64,000 nt of DNA from Geopsychrobacteraceae bacterium (GCA_963662315.1 OY759353.1:1376001-1440000), one strand, 5' to 3'; positions 53,118-62,457 are shown, numbered from the stretch's first letter. The notes: generated from the sequence alone by a model not told the origin. A program made the numbers and translations.

Positions 53118-53684
53118 TTAGCGGCCGCCTCCGCCTCCGCCACCAGAGCCGTTACCGCCACCACCATTTGAACCGGAGCCGTTACCGCTTTCGTGATCAG
53201 AGCCACCGTTATCACCGCCAGCGCCATTAACACCAGCGGCACCACTCATCATCTGACCGTGGTATTGAGCACGCTGTTCAGCGCTAAGATTATTCCACCG
53301 CTCCTGCAACTGCTTTTGCTGCGCTGCAGGCAGACTTTTATACTGCTGGCTGATACGCTGAAACTGCTTTTTTTGAGCCGGTGACAATTGCTGAAACTGC
53401 CGGTAACGGGCCCGTAGCTGAGCCTGTTCTTCTGCGGACAAGGCTTGCCACTGCTTGAGGCGCTGCTCCGCATGGGTTCGCTGCTCCGGAGTCATGTTCA
53501 GCCAGGCATCAGCCCCCTTGACTAATTGCTGCTGTTTTTCTGCAGCCAGACTTTGCCAGCGGTTCTCATAGCCAGAGAGAACCTGTTGCTGCTGCTGACT
53601 TAGCTGATCAAAATCAAGAGCCGCAGCAGAGCTCGCGCTTAAGATAAGCAGCAGACAAAAAAGAAGGGATCTCCATTTATTCAT
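53118..53684 (-). CDS. DUF3106-like secreted helical-repeat protein with Gly-rich tail
   Basis: Signal peptide MNKWRSLLFCLLLILSASSAAA; repeated W/F-x-x-L-S-x-E-Q units; terminal GGGGGGGR. Confidence 0.75.
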   Translation of the reverse strand: MNKWRSLLFCLLLILSASSAAALDFDQLSQQQQQVLSGYENRWQSLAAEKQQQLVKGADAWLNMTPEQRTHAEQRLKQWQALSAEEQAQLRARYRQFQQLSPAQKKQFQRISQQYKSLPAAQQKQLQERWNNLSAEQRAQYHGQMMSGAAGVNGAGGDNGGSDHESGNGSGSNGGGGNGSGGGGGGGR

Positions 53685-53931
53685 CAGCAGCTGGCTCCTT
53701 TTCATCCTTATCACCTTTGACGACCAATTTTTCCAAAGACTGTTGCCCCTGATGCAAAAAATCCAGCGGATTAACCAAGCCAACATCGTCATCCCTGAAC
53801 TCCCCCAGAAACTCGATCATCCCGGTACTCGGCACTGAAGTATCGGCGGTTCCATTCTGGGCTGCGGCCAATAGCGGGGAGGTCAGAATCAATCCCATGA
53901 CCATAGTAAGAACTGGTCGGCGTATTTTCAT
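53677..53931 (-). CDS. Small secreted hypothetical protein in the ECF operon
   Basis: RBS GAGGAA; signal peptide; PSTGMIEFLGEF motif; stop overlaps the next start. Confidence 0.6.
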   Translation of the reverse strand: MKIRRPVLTMVMGLILTSPLLAAAQNGTADTSVPSTGMIEFLGEFRDDDVGLVNPLDFLHQGQQSLEKLVVKGDKDEKEPAADE

Positions 53932-54262
53932 TTTGTATTTCCTCTGAAAGCCATTGATAAAATTCCATGTCATGCTGAAAAAAATCAAGAGCATCGGGCT
54001 CACCAACAATCTCCAGAGTAACGAGATCAACACCTTTTACTGCGGACTGTTGAGGCCAGCTAACAAATGTAATCACTGCGATAATAGCCGCTACGGCCAC
54101 GCTGGACCAGCGATAAAATGATTGAGCTGTTTTTGCTGGGGCATCCAGGGCCCGGTATTTCAAGGCTGCAAGCCGTTGTTCCACCTTACTGTCCATAGCC
54201 TGCACTGACTGCCCTAAAACCTTACGCACATCAGTTGTAAATTTATCATTGTTGTCGTTCAT
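53789..54262 (-). CDS. Putative anti-sigma factor (DUF3619-like, single TM)
   Basis: ATGA overlap with the ECF sigma; RLAALKYRAL, one TM helix and DMEFYQWL. Confidence 0.7.
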   Translation of the reverse strand: MNDNNDKFTTDVRKVLGQSVQAMDSKVEQRLAALKYRALDAPAKTAQSFYRWSSVAVAAIIAVITFVSWPQQSAVKGVDLVTLEIVGEPDALDFFQHDMEFYQWLSEEIQNENTPTSSYYGHGIDSDLPAIGRSPEWNRRYFSAEYRDDRVSGGVQG

Positions 54263-54810
54263 GGCCAATCATCTCCAAGTATTTTGCGCAACTGTTCATT
54301 CGCCCTGGAAAAATGGGTTTTTACCGTACCTTCCGTACACCCCATAATGCGTGCGGTTTCCTGAACGCTCAGTTCTTCCCAGGCCCGCAACAGAAAAACC
54401 TGGCGTTGCTTAATGGACAATGTATTGAGCGCCGCTTCCAATTGGGAAAACGATTGTTTCTGCTTTAAGGAAGCTTCCGGACTTATGGCCCCTTCATCAG
54501 CAAAATGCTCAACTGGATCGCTATCATCGTCATCGCTATCCGCAGAGAACCAGCTACGCCACCGATTCCGTACCTTTTCCCGCCGGTAGAAATCCCGTAT
54601 CTTGTTCTGAAGAACCCGATAAAATAGAACTTTCCACTCTTCTTGCGGCTTATTTGTATATTTTCCAACAAAACTACACATGGCTTCCTGCACCAGATCA
54701 AGAGCATCATCCTGATGATGACAGGCAAACATAGCCATGCGGTAGGCCTGCCGTTCAATAGAACTTAGAAAATCTTCCATGCTGGCAAATTGTCCTGAAG
54801 AAGTCGTCAC
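54259..54810 (-). CDS. ECF RNA polymerase sigma factor
   Basis: DALDLVQE, W..LFYRVLQNKIRD, QRQVFLLR.WE.LSV.ETA and GTVKTH.SRA motifs. Confidence 0.93.
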   Translation of the reverse strand: MTTSSGQFASMEDFLSSIERQAYRMAMFACHHQDDALDLVQEAMCSFVGKYTNKPQEEWKVLFYRVLQNKIRDFYRREKVRNRWRSWFSADSDDDDSDPVEHFADEGAISPEASLKQKQSFSQLEAALNTLSIKQRQVFLLRAWEELSVQETARIMGCTEGTVKTHFSRANEQLRKILGDDWP

Positions 54811-54847
54811 ATGATCCTACCTACATACGAGTATCTCGTATAAAGAA

Positions 54848-54875
54848 AAACGCATGAGCCTGGCGATGGTTGACA
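54848..54875 (-). promoter_or_regulatory. Putative autoregulatory ECF promoter (GTCAAC-N16-CGT)
   Basis: - strand reads tgtcaac catcgccaggctcatg cgttt, ~40 nt upstream of the sigma start; matches the general ECF AAC/CGT pattern. Confidence 0.55.
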
Positions 54876-54999
54876 CTCATTCAAAAAAGATTACTACAAT
54901 TTTCAATTACGGGGCGCTGGCAAACACATTTACCTGAAGTGTGACAACATATTTCATGACAATGGAATCACAAAAAAACTTTCGAAACCAACGACGAAA

Positions 55000-55047
55000 A
55001 ACAACAATAAAAAAGGCCCCCAGATGGTGGCCTTTTTTATTGTTGTT
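55000..55047 (-). terminator. Terminator after desulfoferrodoxin
   Basis: aacaacaataaaaaaggcc...ggccttttttattgttgtt long inverted repeat. Confidence 0.75.
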
Positions 55048-55068
55048 AAATAAGAAATTTCTTCAACC

Positions 55069-55449
55069 TTATGCTTTAGCAGCCCAGTGACCATGAAGGT
55101 TACAGTATTCACGTGCCGTAATATTTTTTGCGGTCACATTGAAAGTCGCTTCCGGGGCTTCCCCAGGCTTGAGGTATTTCCGGTAAATAGCCTCATCAGC
55201 AATCAGCTCAATCCACTCAATATAATGAGCGTCTTCCATGGGGTGAGTTACGGAGCCAACTTTAACACTGATGACACCATCACCAACGGTAATTACCGGG
55301 ACATGTTTTTCAGTGGCAGCATCTACAGTATTTTCTTCCAGCTGGGCCATATTTTTTCCACAGCAAACCAGCGCACCTCCACCAGCATGGGCAACTTCAA
55401 CGATATTTCCACAAACCTCACATTTGTAAACGTCATAACGCTTAGCCAT
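55069..55449 (-). CDS. dfx: Desulfoferrodoxin (2Fe superoxide reductase)
   Basis: CEVCGN...CCG, EKHVP, HPME.AHYI.WI and YCNLHG motifs. Confidence 0.95.
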   Translation of the reverse strand: MAKRYDVYKCEVCGNIVEVAHAGGGALVCCGKNMAQLEENTVDAATEKHVPVITVGDGVISVKVGSVTHPMEDAHYIEWIELIADEAIYRKYLKPGEAPEATFNVTAKNITAREYCNLHGHWAAKA

Positions 55450-55644
55450 TAGGATCTCCTTTAATATAATAATTGTTTAGCCCGGCCCCTCAATTTAACT
55501 TATCAGGTTTTGCAGCTCTCGCCCGGCGAAAGAGGCACAAAAACATACCGCGAAATAATAACACTTTTATGGTCATATTTCACTACCTCTGCAATAATAT
55601 TTTTTACTTACGTCTTCAGATATTTTTTACTATAATGCGTGAAA

Positions 55645-55826
55645 AGACTCTCTGCCCTTCAAGTGAGGTCAGAACGTCCACTCGGAATACTATAAAATCC
55701 GGGGCCAACTTAGAGGTCCGGTGTGCCTGCCCATCTTTGAATGGGACGCCTGAAAGACCTACAGACGGCCCCACCTCATTGGAACTCGATGTGAGTCCAA
55801 TGGCCCACGGTAGTGGTGGAGAGTCT
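55645..55826 (+). ncRNA. ssrS: 6S-like RNA candidate (~182 nt)
   Basis: Terminal stem agactctc/gagagtct; internal stems ggggcc/ggcccc, aggtc/gacct, cccat/atggg; A/U-rich central bubble; TATAAT at 55631-55636; terminator immediately downstream. Confidence 0.7.
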
Positions 55827-55841
55827 CGTATTTCTAAAGTC

Positions 55842-55872
55842 AGGGCACGGTGACAACCGTTGCCCTTTTTTT
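55842..55872 (+). terminator. Terminator of the 6S-like RNA
   Basis: agggcacggt gaca accgttgccct followed by a T-run. Confidence 0.75.
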
Positions 55873-56035
55873 GTTCCACGGCTTCCAAAGCAAACACAAT
55901 CACGGCACCAACAGCAACAAGACACCGGGAACCAGGTCAGCAGCATAGCATTTTTCGTTATGGCTCCCTGCTACAGCATATGTTAAATTCTGACTCCATC
56001 GTTTTTATATTTAATGGATCCAACTGGAGGATATC

Positions 56036-57217
56036 TTGACATCTACGGCGACAACTGAGGACACCACCTACCTTACGGTTGATGATAAAGAAGTCATACT
56101 GATCGGTACCGCACATATTTCACAGGAATCTGTCGATACAGTTATCCGGGCTATTGATGAAATCGCTCCCGATACTGTTTGCGTCGAGCTCGATTCACAG
56201 CGCTACCAGGCCCTTATCAACAAACAGGGGTGGGAAGCACTGAATATCAAGGATGTTATCAAGAAAAAACAGCTCCCCTTCCTGTTGGCCAACCTGGCCC
56301 TGTCCAGCTACCAAAAACGTATGGGGTTGCAGACCGGTGTAAAGCCGGGCGCCGAACTGGCGGCTGCAGCACAATGTGCCGAAGAAAAAGGGATGGAGCT
56401 CGAACTGATCGATCGCAATATTCGCACAACTCTGCTGCGGGTATGGCGCAAAACCGGAATGTGGAATAAAATGAAGGTTCTGGCATCACTGATAGCCGGC
56501 ATCTTTGAAAAGCAGGAATTGACAGAGGCGGAACTGAGCAAGTTAAGACAGAGCGATACTCTTTCCAGCATGCTGGATGAAATGGGCGATCTGCTCCCGT
56601 CAGTGAAGAAAATTCTGGTTGATGAACGCGATGTCCATATGGCTTATCATATTCGTAATGCTCCCGGGCAAAAAGTCCTGGCCGTTGTCGGAGCTGCACA
56701 CCTTCCCGGCATCACCAGACATCTGCAGGGACCGGAAATCAGTGCCTCTACAATTGCGGAAATTTCTGTCATTCCAGAGAAAACGACATTGTCCAAAGCG
56801 ATCCCATGGCTGATTCCGGGAATTGTCATTGCATTATTTATCGGGGGATTTTTTTTCGGTAATCGCGATCAATTAACGCACGTCGCCGTGGCCTGGGTTC
56901 TGGCTAACGGCCTGCTCTCGGCCTTGGGGACTGCATTGGCATACGGTCATCCAATTACCATAATAAGTGCTTTTATTGCCGCGCCGATTACCTCACTGAA
57001 CCCGACGATCGGCGCCGGTTTTGTCACCGGTTTCGTCCAGGCGCTGACAACCCCCCCGACAGTCCGCGATATGGAACATGTCGGGGAGGATCTGGTCACC
57101 ATTAAAGGCTGGTGGCGCAACCGTCTGGCCCGTGTCCTGCTGGTTTTTCTCTTTTCGTCCATCGGCTCCTCCATAGGAACCTTTGTTGCGTTGGGCTGGC
57201 TGCAAAAACTTTTTTAG
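56036..57217 (+). CDS. TraB/GumN (Tiki-like) family protein with C-terminal TM helices
   Basis: GTAHIS, VCVELD, PGAE, LVDERD, VVGAAH and APITSLNP motifs. Confidence 0.9.
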   Translation: MTSTATTEDTTYLTVDDKEVILIGTAHISQESVDTVIRAIDEIAPDTVCVELDSQRYQALINKQGWEALNIKDVIKKKQLPFLLANLALSSYQKRMGLQTGVKPGAELAAAAQCAEEKGMELELIDRNIRTTLLRVWRKTGMWNKMKVLASLIAGIFEKQELTEAELSKLRQSDTLSSMLDEMGDLLPSVKKILVDERDVHMAYHIRNAPGQKVLAVVGAAHLPGITRHLQGPEISASTIAEISVIPEKTTLSKAIPWLIPGIVIALFIGGFFFGNRDQLTHVAVAWVLANGLLSALGTALAYGHPITIISAFIAAPITSLNPTIGAGFVTGFVQALTTPPTVRDMEHVGEDLVTIKGWWRNRLARVLLVFLFSSIGSSIGTFVALGWLQKLF

Positions 57218-57253
57218 AACCAAACATAGCATTAATTTACAGGAGAATTTGTT

Positions 57254-57991
57254 GTGACAGCTTACCGCCAATCCGGTAATTTTTTTCGAATGAACAGCCT
57301 GCGTGGCAGCTCACTTGTACAGATACTGATATATGCCAACCTGGTGATGTTCACTCTGATGGTTCTGCACGGCACTATCCTGGGGCTTGGGATGAAAGCC
57401 ATACTCAGCCCGCCATCACAACTCATGGTGCACTGGGGAGGGCAGTACTGGCCACTGGTCCTGGAATTAAACCAGTGGTGGCGCTGCATCACCTACGCAT
57501 TTACCCACGGGGGTATCATTCACCTGGGTTTTAACATGATGGTTCTTTATCAGGTCGGCCCGCTATTGGAAGCAGAAATCGGCTGGCAACGATTGTTCAC
57601 CGTTTACATATTTAGTACCATCATGGCAACGGTTGCCGGTTTCTTCTGGCATCCGGTTGCGGTTGTTATTGGTGCTTCCGGTGCCATTTTCGGCCTGATC
57701 GGTTTCTCCGTCAGTTTTTACCACCGAATTGGCGGGGCTCTGGGCATCCAGAGGCGTAATTTTATGTTTCAGTGGGCCGTCATGGCATTTATCTTTGGGA
57801 TTGTTATTGGTGCGGACAATGCGGCTCACTTAGGTGGGGCTCTGGCTGGTGCTTTATTGGGATGGATTATGCCCATCGGCGTCCGTCTCCAGCGGCAGAC
57901 AGACACCCTATTCAAAGGGATTGCCTATGCGGGCATTGGCCTGACCGTCATCAGTCTTATTTTTATTCCTCTTTCCTGGTTCTTGAAGTGA
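57254..57991 (+). CDS. Rhomboid intramembrane serine protease
   Basis: WWR, H.G.IH.GFNM, GASG and AHLGG motifs. Confidence 0.9.
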   Translation: MTAYRQSGNFFRMNSLRGSSLVQILIYANLVMFTLMVLHGTILGLGMKAILSPPSQLMVHWGGQYWPLVLELNQWWRCITYAFTHGGIIHLGFNMMVLYQVGPLLEAEIGWQRLFTVYIFSTIMATVAGFFWHPVAVVIGASGAIFGLIGFSVSFYHRIGGALGIQRRNFMFQWAVMAFIFGIVIGADNAAHLGGALAGALLGWIMPIGVRLQRQTDTLFKGIAYAGIGLTVISLIFIPLSWFLK

Positions 57992-58000
57992 TTGAGAGTT

Positions 58001-58483
58001 ATGGCACGCGAAAAAATTCCCGGAACACCGGCAATCAGATTGCTTAAGCAGCACAAAGTAGAGTTTACCCCCTGTTTTTATAAATACGAAGATAAAGGGG
58101 GTACCCGCGTCAGCGCCCGTGAACTGGGGGTTGAAGAACATCAGGTCATCAAAACCCTGATTATGGAAAACGAAAACAAGGACGCCCTGATTATTTTGAT
58201 GCATGGGGATTGCGAAGTTTCACTAAAGCATCTGGCCAGACAGCTTGAGGTGAAACAAATTACTCCCTGTACTCATGACAAAGCAGATCGTCTGACAGGC
58301 TATCAGACCGGTGGCATTTCCCCTTTCGGGACTAAGCAGGCGTTACCGGTTTACATGGAAGAATCGATTGGCAGTCTGGACAAAATCTATATTAATGGTG
58401 GGAAGCGGGGCTTGCTGGTGGAAATAACTCCTGATGACTTGATCAAAGTCCTGAATCCACAAAAAGTCTCCGTCGCCATTTAG
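58001..58483 (+). CDS. ybaK: Cys-tRNA(Pro) deacylase
   Basis: TPAIRLL, IKTLI, GY.TGGISPFG and INGGKRG motifs. Confidence 0.9.
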   Translation: MAREKIPGTPAIRLLKQHKVEFTPCFYKYEDKGGTRVSARELGVEEHQVIKTLIMENENKDALIILMHGDCEVSLKHLARQLEVKQITPCTHDKADRLTGYQTGGISPFGTKQALPVYMEESIGSLDKIYINGGKRGLLVEITPDDLIKVLNPQKVSVAI

Positions 58484-58508
58484 TTTTTTTTTTGCATCAG
58501 AGATCATT

Positions 58509-59333
58509 ATGGATCACAGCTATACCAAAGCCGCCGATACCATCAGTCAGGCCTCTGCCTTGCTCATCACAGCAGGGGCTGGCCTTGGTGTGGATTCGGG
58601 ATTGCCAGACTTTCGGGGGGACAACGGCTTCTGGAATGCATACCCCATGTATGAGCGCCTTGGTATGAGTTTCGTTCAGGCCGCCAATCCACAGAATTTT
58701 GACGGTGATCCGGCGTTTGGCTGGGGTTTCTACGGTCACCGCACCAATCTTTATCGCCAAACTGTCCCGCATGCTGGCTTTGCACTTCTAAAGGACTGGA
58801 TTAAACAGTTCAATCTGGATCACTTTGTCGTTACCTCAAATGTTGACGGCCAGTTCCAGAAGGCTGGTTTTAAAGAAGAACAGATTCTGGAGGTTCATGG
58901 GTCCATTCATCATTTACAGTGCACTATCCCATGTTGCCAGAAAATTTGGCCCAATAAGGAAATAATCAATATTGATGAAACAACCATGCGCGCCCTGACT
59001 ATTCCCCTGTGCCCACATTGTCACCAGGTGGCGCGGCCGAATATTCTCATGTTTGGCGATTACTCCTGGCTCTATCAACGTACCGGACTGCAGGAAGAAC
59101 AGTTTGAGCGGTTTATGCAAAAGAACCGAAAAGGCCCGCTGGTCGTTATTGAAATGGGAGCAGGTACTGCGATCCCAACCATCAGACATCTGAGTGAACA
59201 GACCGGTCGGCAACCGACCTGTACTGTCATCCGTATCAACCCCAGGGAGCCCCAGATTACAGCGCCACACATCAGCATCGCTGAAGGGAGCCTAGCCGCA
59301 TTGCAGAACATTCAAATGCTCATGGACGATTAG
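58509..59333 (+). CDS. SIR2-family NAD-dependent deacylase
   Basis: AGAGLGVDSGLPDFRG, TSNVDG, VHGS, Zn cysteines, RPNILMFGD and RINP motifs. Confidence 0.9.
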   Translation: MDHSYTKAADTISQASALLITAGAGLGVDSGLPDFRGDNGFWNAYPMYERLGMSFVQAANPQNFDGDPAFGWGFYGHRTNLYRQTVPHAGFALLKDWIKQFNLDHFVVTSNVDGQFQKAGFKEEQILEVHGSIHHLQCTIPCCQKIWPNKEIINIDETTMRALTIPLCPHCHQVARPNILMFGDYSWLYQRTGLQEEQFERFMQKNRKGPLVVIEMGAGTAIPTIRHLSEQTGRQPTCTVIRINPREPQITAPHISIAEGSLAALQNIQMLMDD

Positions 59334-59507
59334 TTCCGTATAGAACCCGCAACAGAAGCTGAAGCCTTACTTGGTCCATTCTTGACAACAATACCACGAA
59401 ATGAAATAATACCGAATTCATGGGGGGATTAAATGAAAAGGAGAGATAATTACTACGGATAATATTATTTTAACTCTACAAAAACCCAATTCAACAAGGG
59501 CTCGGTT

Positions 59508-60335
59508 ATGGCCAGAAAAAAAATGGGAGAGATACTGCTTGAAAAGCAGCTTATTTCTCAGCAAGATCTGGAGAAAGCGCTTCTGAAACAAAAAGGCCAA
59601 CACAAACCACTAGGTCAGATCCTTGAGGACATGGATCTGGTTCTTGAGGAGGACATAGCCCAAACACTTGCCATACAGTTTAACTTTCCTTACGTAAAGA
59701 AAATTGCCCGCTTCAAATTTCCAGCAGAGCTTCTTGCCATGGTTGATGGAAGCCTGGCTCTAAAAAAGCTTTTATTCCCCCTCAAGGTCCAAGATAAAAC
59801 CCTATACCTGGCCATGGCTAATCCTCTCGACATGCCAATCCAGAGCGATCTGGCTTTTAAATTAGGGATCCGTATTTCACCTTGTGTTGCCACGTCCACG
59901 GAACTGCGTGAAGCGATAAAGGTTCATTATCATAAAGAAAGCAAAGCGAACCAATTAACACACTCATCACAGCCGACAATCCTGGTCGTCGACAACCAAC
60001 CCCTCATATTATCTACTCTTGAGAGTCTGCTAAAGCAGGAGGGCTATGCTGTTCACCTAGCTCATAATGGCTATGAGGGGCTGGAACTGGCCCAACAGCT
60101 GCAACCTGACTTGGTCATTTCAGAGCTCAACCTGGCCCAAATAGATGGTACGAGATTATTTAGCGAGATCCGCAATACTTCAAACATGGAAGACACAAAA
60201 GTTATCATCTTCACGATCAAGGCGAGTGCGGAAGAGGAAGCTCGACTTCTGGATATGGGCGTAGATGATTTTATCGCCAAACCTTTACAGCCTCAAAGAT
60301 TACTGGCAAGAGTCAGAAAAACCTTACGCCGCTGA
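59508..60335 (+). CDS. MshEN/GspE-N domain fused to a pseudo-receiver domain
   Basis: Tandem KMGEILL../PLGQIL.. motifs and LAMANP; REC has Glu at the phospho-Asp position (PDLVISE). Confidence 0.8.
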   Translation: MARKKMGEILLEKQLISQQDLEKALLKQKGQHKPLGQILEDMDLVLEEDIAQTLAIQFNFPYVKKIARFKFPAELLAMVDGSLALKKLLFPLKVQDKTLYLAMANPLDMPIQSDLAFKLGIRISPCVATSTELREAIKVHYHKESKANQLTHSSQPTILVVDNQPLILSTLESLLKQEGYAVHLAHNGYEGLELAQQLQPDLVISELNLAQIDGTRLFSEIRNTSNMEDTKVIIFTIKASAEEEARLLDMGVDDFIAKPLQPQRLLARVRKTLRR

Positions 60336-60359
60336 CGCCTGGTCAAATAAACACAAAGG

Positions 60360-61550
60360 TCACAGCAGCCAGAGATCTTCACTGGCATAGGTCAGGCGCT
60401 TGATACCGTCTGCAGCAACCCGCCAGGTGTTTTCAATTCCTACGGTGCCAAGACCGGGGAACACGGCTTTAGGCTCAAAAGCAAAGACCATTCCCTCAAC
60501 CAGAATATCATCATAAAAACCCCGGGCGATAAAGGGATATTCGTCAATTTCGATCCCGATACCATGCCCGACAAAAGAGACCTGTGCCCCCTTTCCGCCC
60601 ATGAAATGATCGGCGTAGCCTTGCTGTTTCGCCATTTCAACACAGCTGTCATAAAGAGAACCCCAGGTCACTCCGGGGCGAGCCAGGGCAAAAAGGTGTT
60701 CCTGGATAGCTAGCATATCGTGATAAGCCCTGTGCAGAGGTTCAGCAACTGAGCCAAGCGCAAAGGTCCTGGTCTGGTCTACCAGATAACCATCATAAGC
60801 AATAATGAAATCAACAATGATCGGTTCCCCGGCCGCTATGGTTTTATAGCCTGCCCCTTGCGCCACCGCCGGGTTGAGTCCTAAACCACCAAGGGGAGCA
60901 TCAAGATAGGTGGGGACAGCGCCATCTGAGCCTGAAAAAACATGGGGATTGTTCAGTTCCGAGTTAAAGCGACGAAACCGGGTTACTCCCTGATGACCCT
61001 GCTTGCGCGCATAACATTCTATTTCTGCGGCGATATCAATATCCGCTTTGCCTTCGGCAATAATGGTCTTGGTGAATTCATAAGTCTTATTGGCAATAAA
61101 AGAACAGTCTTTAAGGATTTCGATTTCATAGGGGCTCTTACAGGCCCGCACGGTCCTGATTGCCGGGGAGATATTCACCATTGCAGCCTGTGGAAAAAGT
61201 CGCTGATAGCTGTTCATTATCTGCACCGGTAGAACATCGAGTTCCAAACCAACCCGCTGCGGTGAGTTGTGACCAAATTGCTTCAGAATATCCACAACAT
61301 CACGTAAACTGTCTATTCCGACCACATGTTGTAATCCACATTCCATCCGTGCCCGGCTATGATCTTTTATGACCATATAAACAGGTTCGCCAGCAACCGG
61401 AATAAACAGTAATCCACGTTGTATCGATCCAGTGAAGTAGAATAGATCACTATTCTGAACAATGAGCGCAGCATCAATATTTTCATCAGTCAGATGCTTT
61501 TGAAAATTTTCATAACGCGTCTGAAGTTCTGTCAGTGGAGTAATACGCAT
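60360..61550 (-). CDS. M24 (Xaa-Pro) aminopeptidase family protein
   Basis: Metal ligands IVD, VDQTRT, GHGIG, FEP and GIE present; creatinase-like N-terminal domain. Confidence 0.88.
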   Translation of the reverse strand: MRITPLTELQTRYENFQKHLTDENIDAALIVQNSDLFYFTGSIQRGLLFIPVAGEPVYMVIKDHSRARMECGLQHVVGIDSLRDVVDILKQFGHNSPQRVGLELDVLPVQIMNSYQRLFPQAAMVNISPAIRTVRACKSPYEIEILKDCSFIANKTYEFTKTIIAEGKADIDIAAEIECYARKQGHQGVTRFRRFNSELNNPHVFSGSDGAVPTYLDAPLGGLGLNPAVAQGAGYKTIAAGEPIIVDFIIAYDGYLVDQTRTFALGSVAEPLHRAYHDMLAIQEHLFALARPGVTWGSLYDSCVEMAKQQGYADHFMGGKGAQVSFVGHGIGIEIDEYPFIARGFYDDILVEGMVFAFEPKAVFPGLGTVGIENTWRVAADGIKRLTYASEDLWLL

Positions 61551-61869
61551 AAGCTTCCTCTAGTTGTCCTTACGAATAAAAACCATTGAAATATTAAACA
61601 GTTAAAAACAACAGTGGGTATCAGGTGGAGAGGTAATCCAACTCGAAAAAAAATCCAGAAATGCACTTTTTGTCAAGAAAAAAGTCCTCTTTTTTCGTTT
61701 TTTTCAGCGATTATCACAACCTTATTTTTTGCACTTTTTTTAGGCAAAGCGGACAAGCGGCCTTTCTTCCGTAGGAAATGAAAATGAATCGACAGTTTTT
61801 CACAATGCTATCCACAGGCTCTGTGAACTCATAAATTCTGACCAAAAAACTCAGCCAGAATCACCATGC

Positions 61870-62370
61870 TTACTTGACAGCACAATCTGCAGGATCACCC
61901 TTGAGCTTTGCCAGGGCGTGAGAAAGCGCAGGTAAAAGTACAGCAAAGTTCTCGCGAACCCCTTTAGGACTTCCGGGAAGATTGATAATGATAGACTGTG
62001 CACGGACCCCGACCAGAGCCCGGGATATCATGGCATGTGGTGTCTTTTGCATACTGGCATAGCGCATCGCTTCGGCCATTCCGGGGATTTCATAATCAAG
62101 GACAGCGGCTGTCGCCTGAGGAGTGACGTCGCGGGGACTCAATCCGGTACCACCGGTTGTTAATATGAGATCAAGATGCAGGTCATCGACCCAACTTTTT
62201 AGCAGCATGGTGATAGTACTTTCTTCGTCTGCTATGACCTGATACCTGTGGATATCTCCAAGCTCCTTGGCCATTTCACTCAGAACACGGCCACTTTCAT
62301 CTTCACGTTCCCCGCGTGAACCTTTGTCCGAAAGAGTCAATACTCCGATTTTATAAGATAATTCCTTCAT
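61870..62370 (-). CDS. mog: Molybdopterin adenylyltransferase (MogA/MoaB family)
   Basis: TLSD, D.SG, TTGGTG..PRDVTP and NLPGSPKG motifs. Confidence 0.9.
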   Translation of the reverse strand: MKELSYKIGVLTLSDKGSRGEREDESGRVLSEMAKELGDIHRYQVIADEESTITMLLKSWVDDLHLDLILTTGGTGLSPRDVTPQATAAVLDYEIPGMAEAMRYASMQKTPHAMISRALVGVRAQSIIINLPGSPKGVRENFAVLLPALSHALAKLKGDPADCAVK

Positions 62371-62457
62371 ATAATCCTCTACTGGAAATGCTGCTCTTAA
62401 GATATAGAATATTCAGTCGACTCAACTGGTGCGTCAGGAGAGCTTAGTTAGTATGAC

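Noticed and set aside
53120..53245. GC-rich triplet-like repeats (ccgcct, ccgtta)
   Set aside because: Explained by the Gly-rich coding tail of the DUF3106-like protein; not a separate repeat array.
55458..55480. Possible PerR/Fur box upstream of desulfoferrodoxin
   Set aside because: AT-rich with only partial symmetry; cannot be distinguished from background by eye.
55473..55903. ORFs 55473-55853 (+) and 55616-55903 (-)
   Set aside because: No RBS or recognisable motifs; they overlie the structured 6S-like RNA and its terminator.
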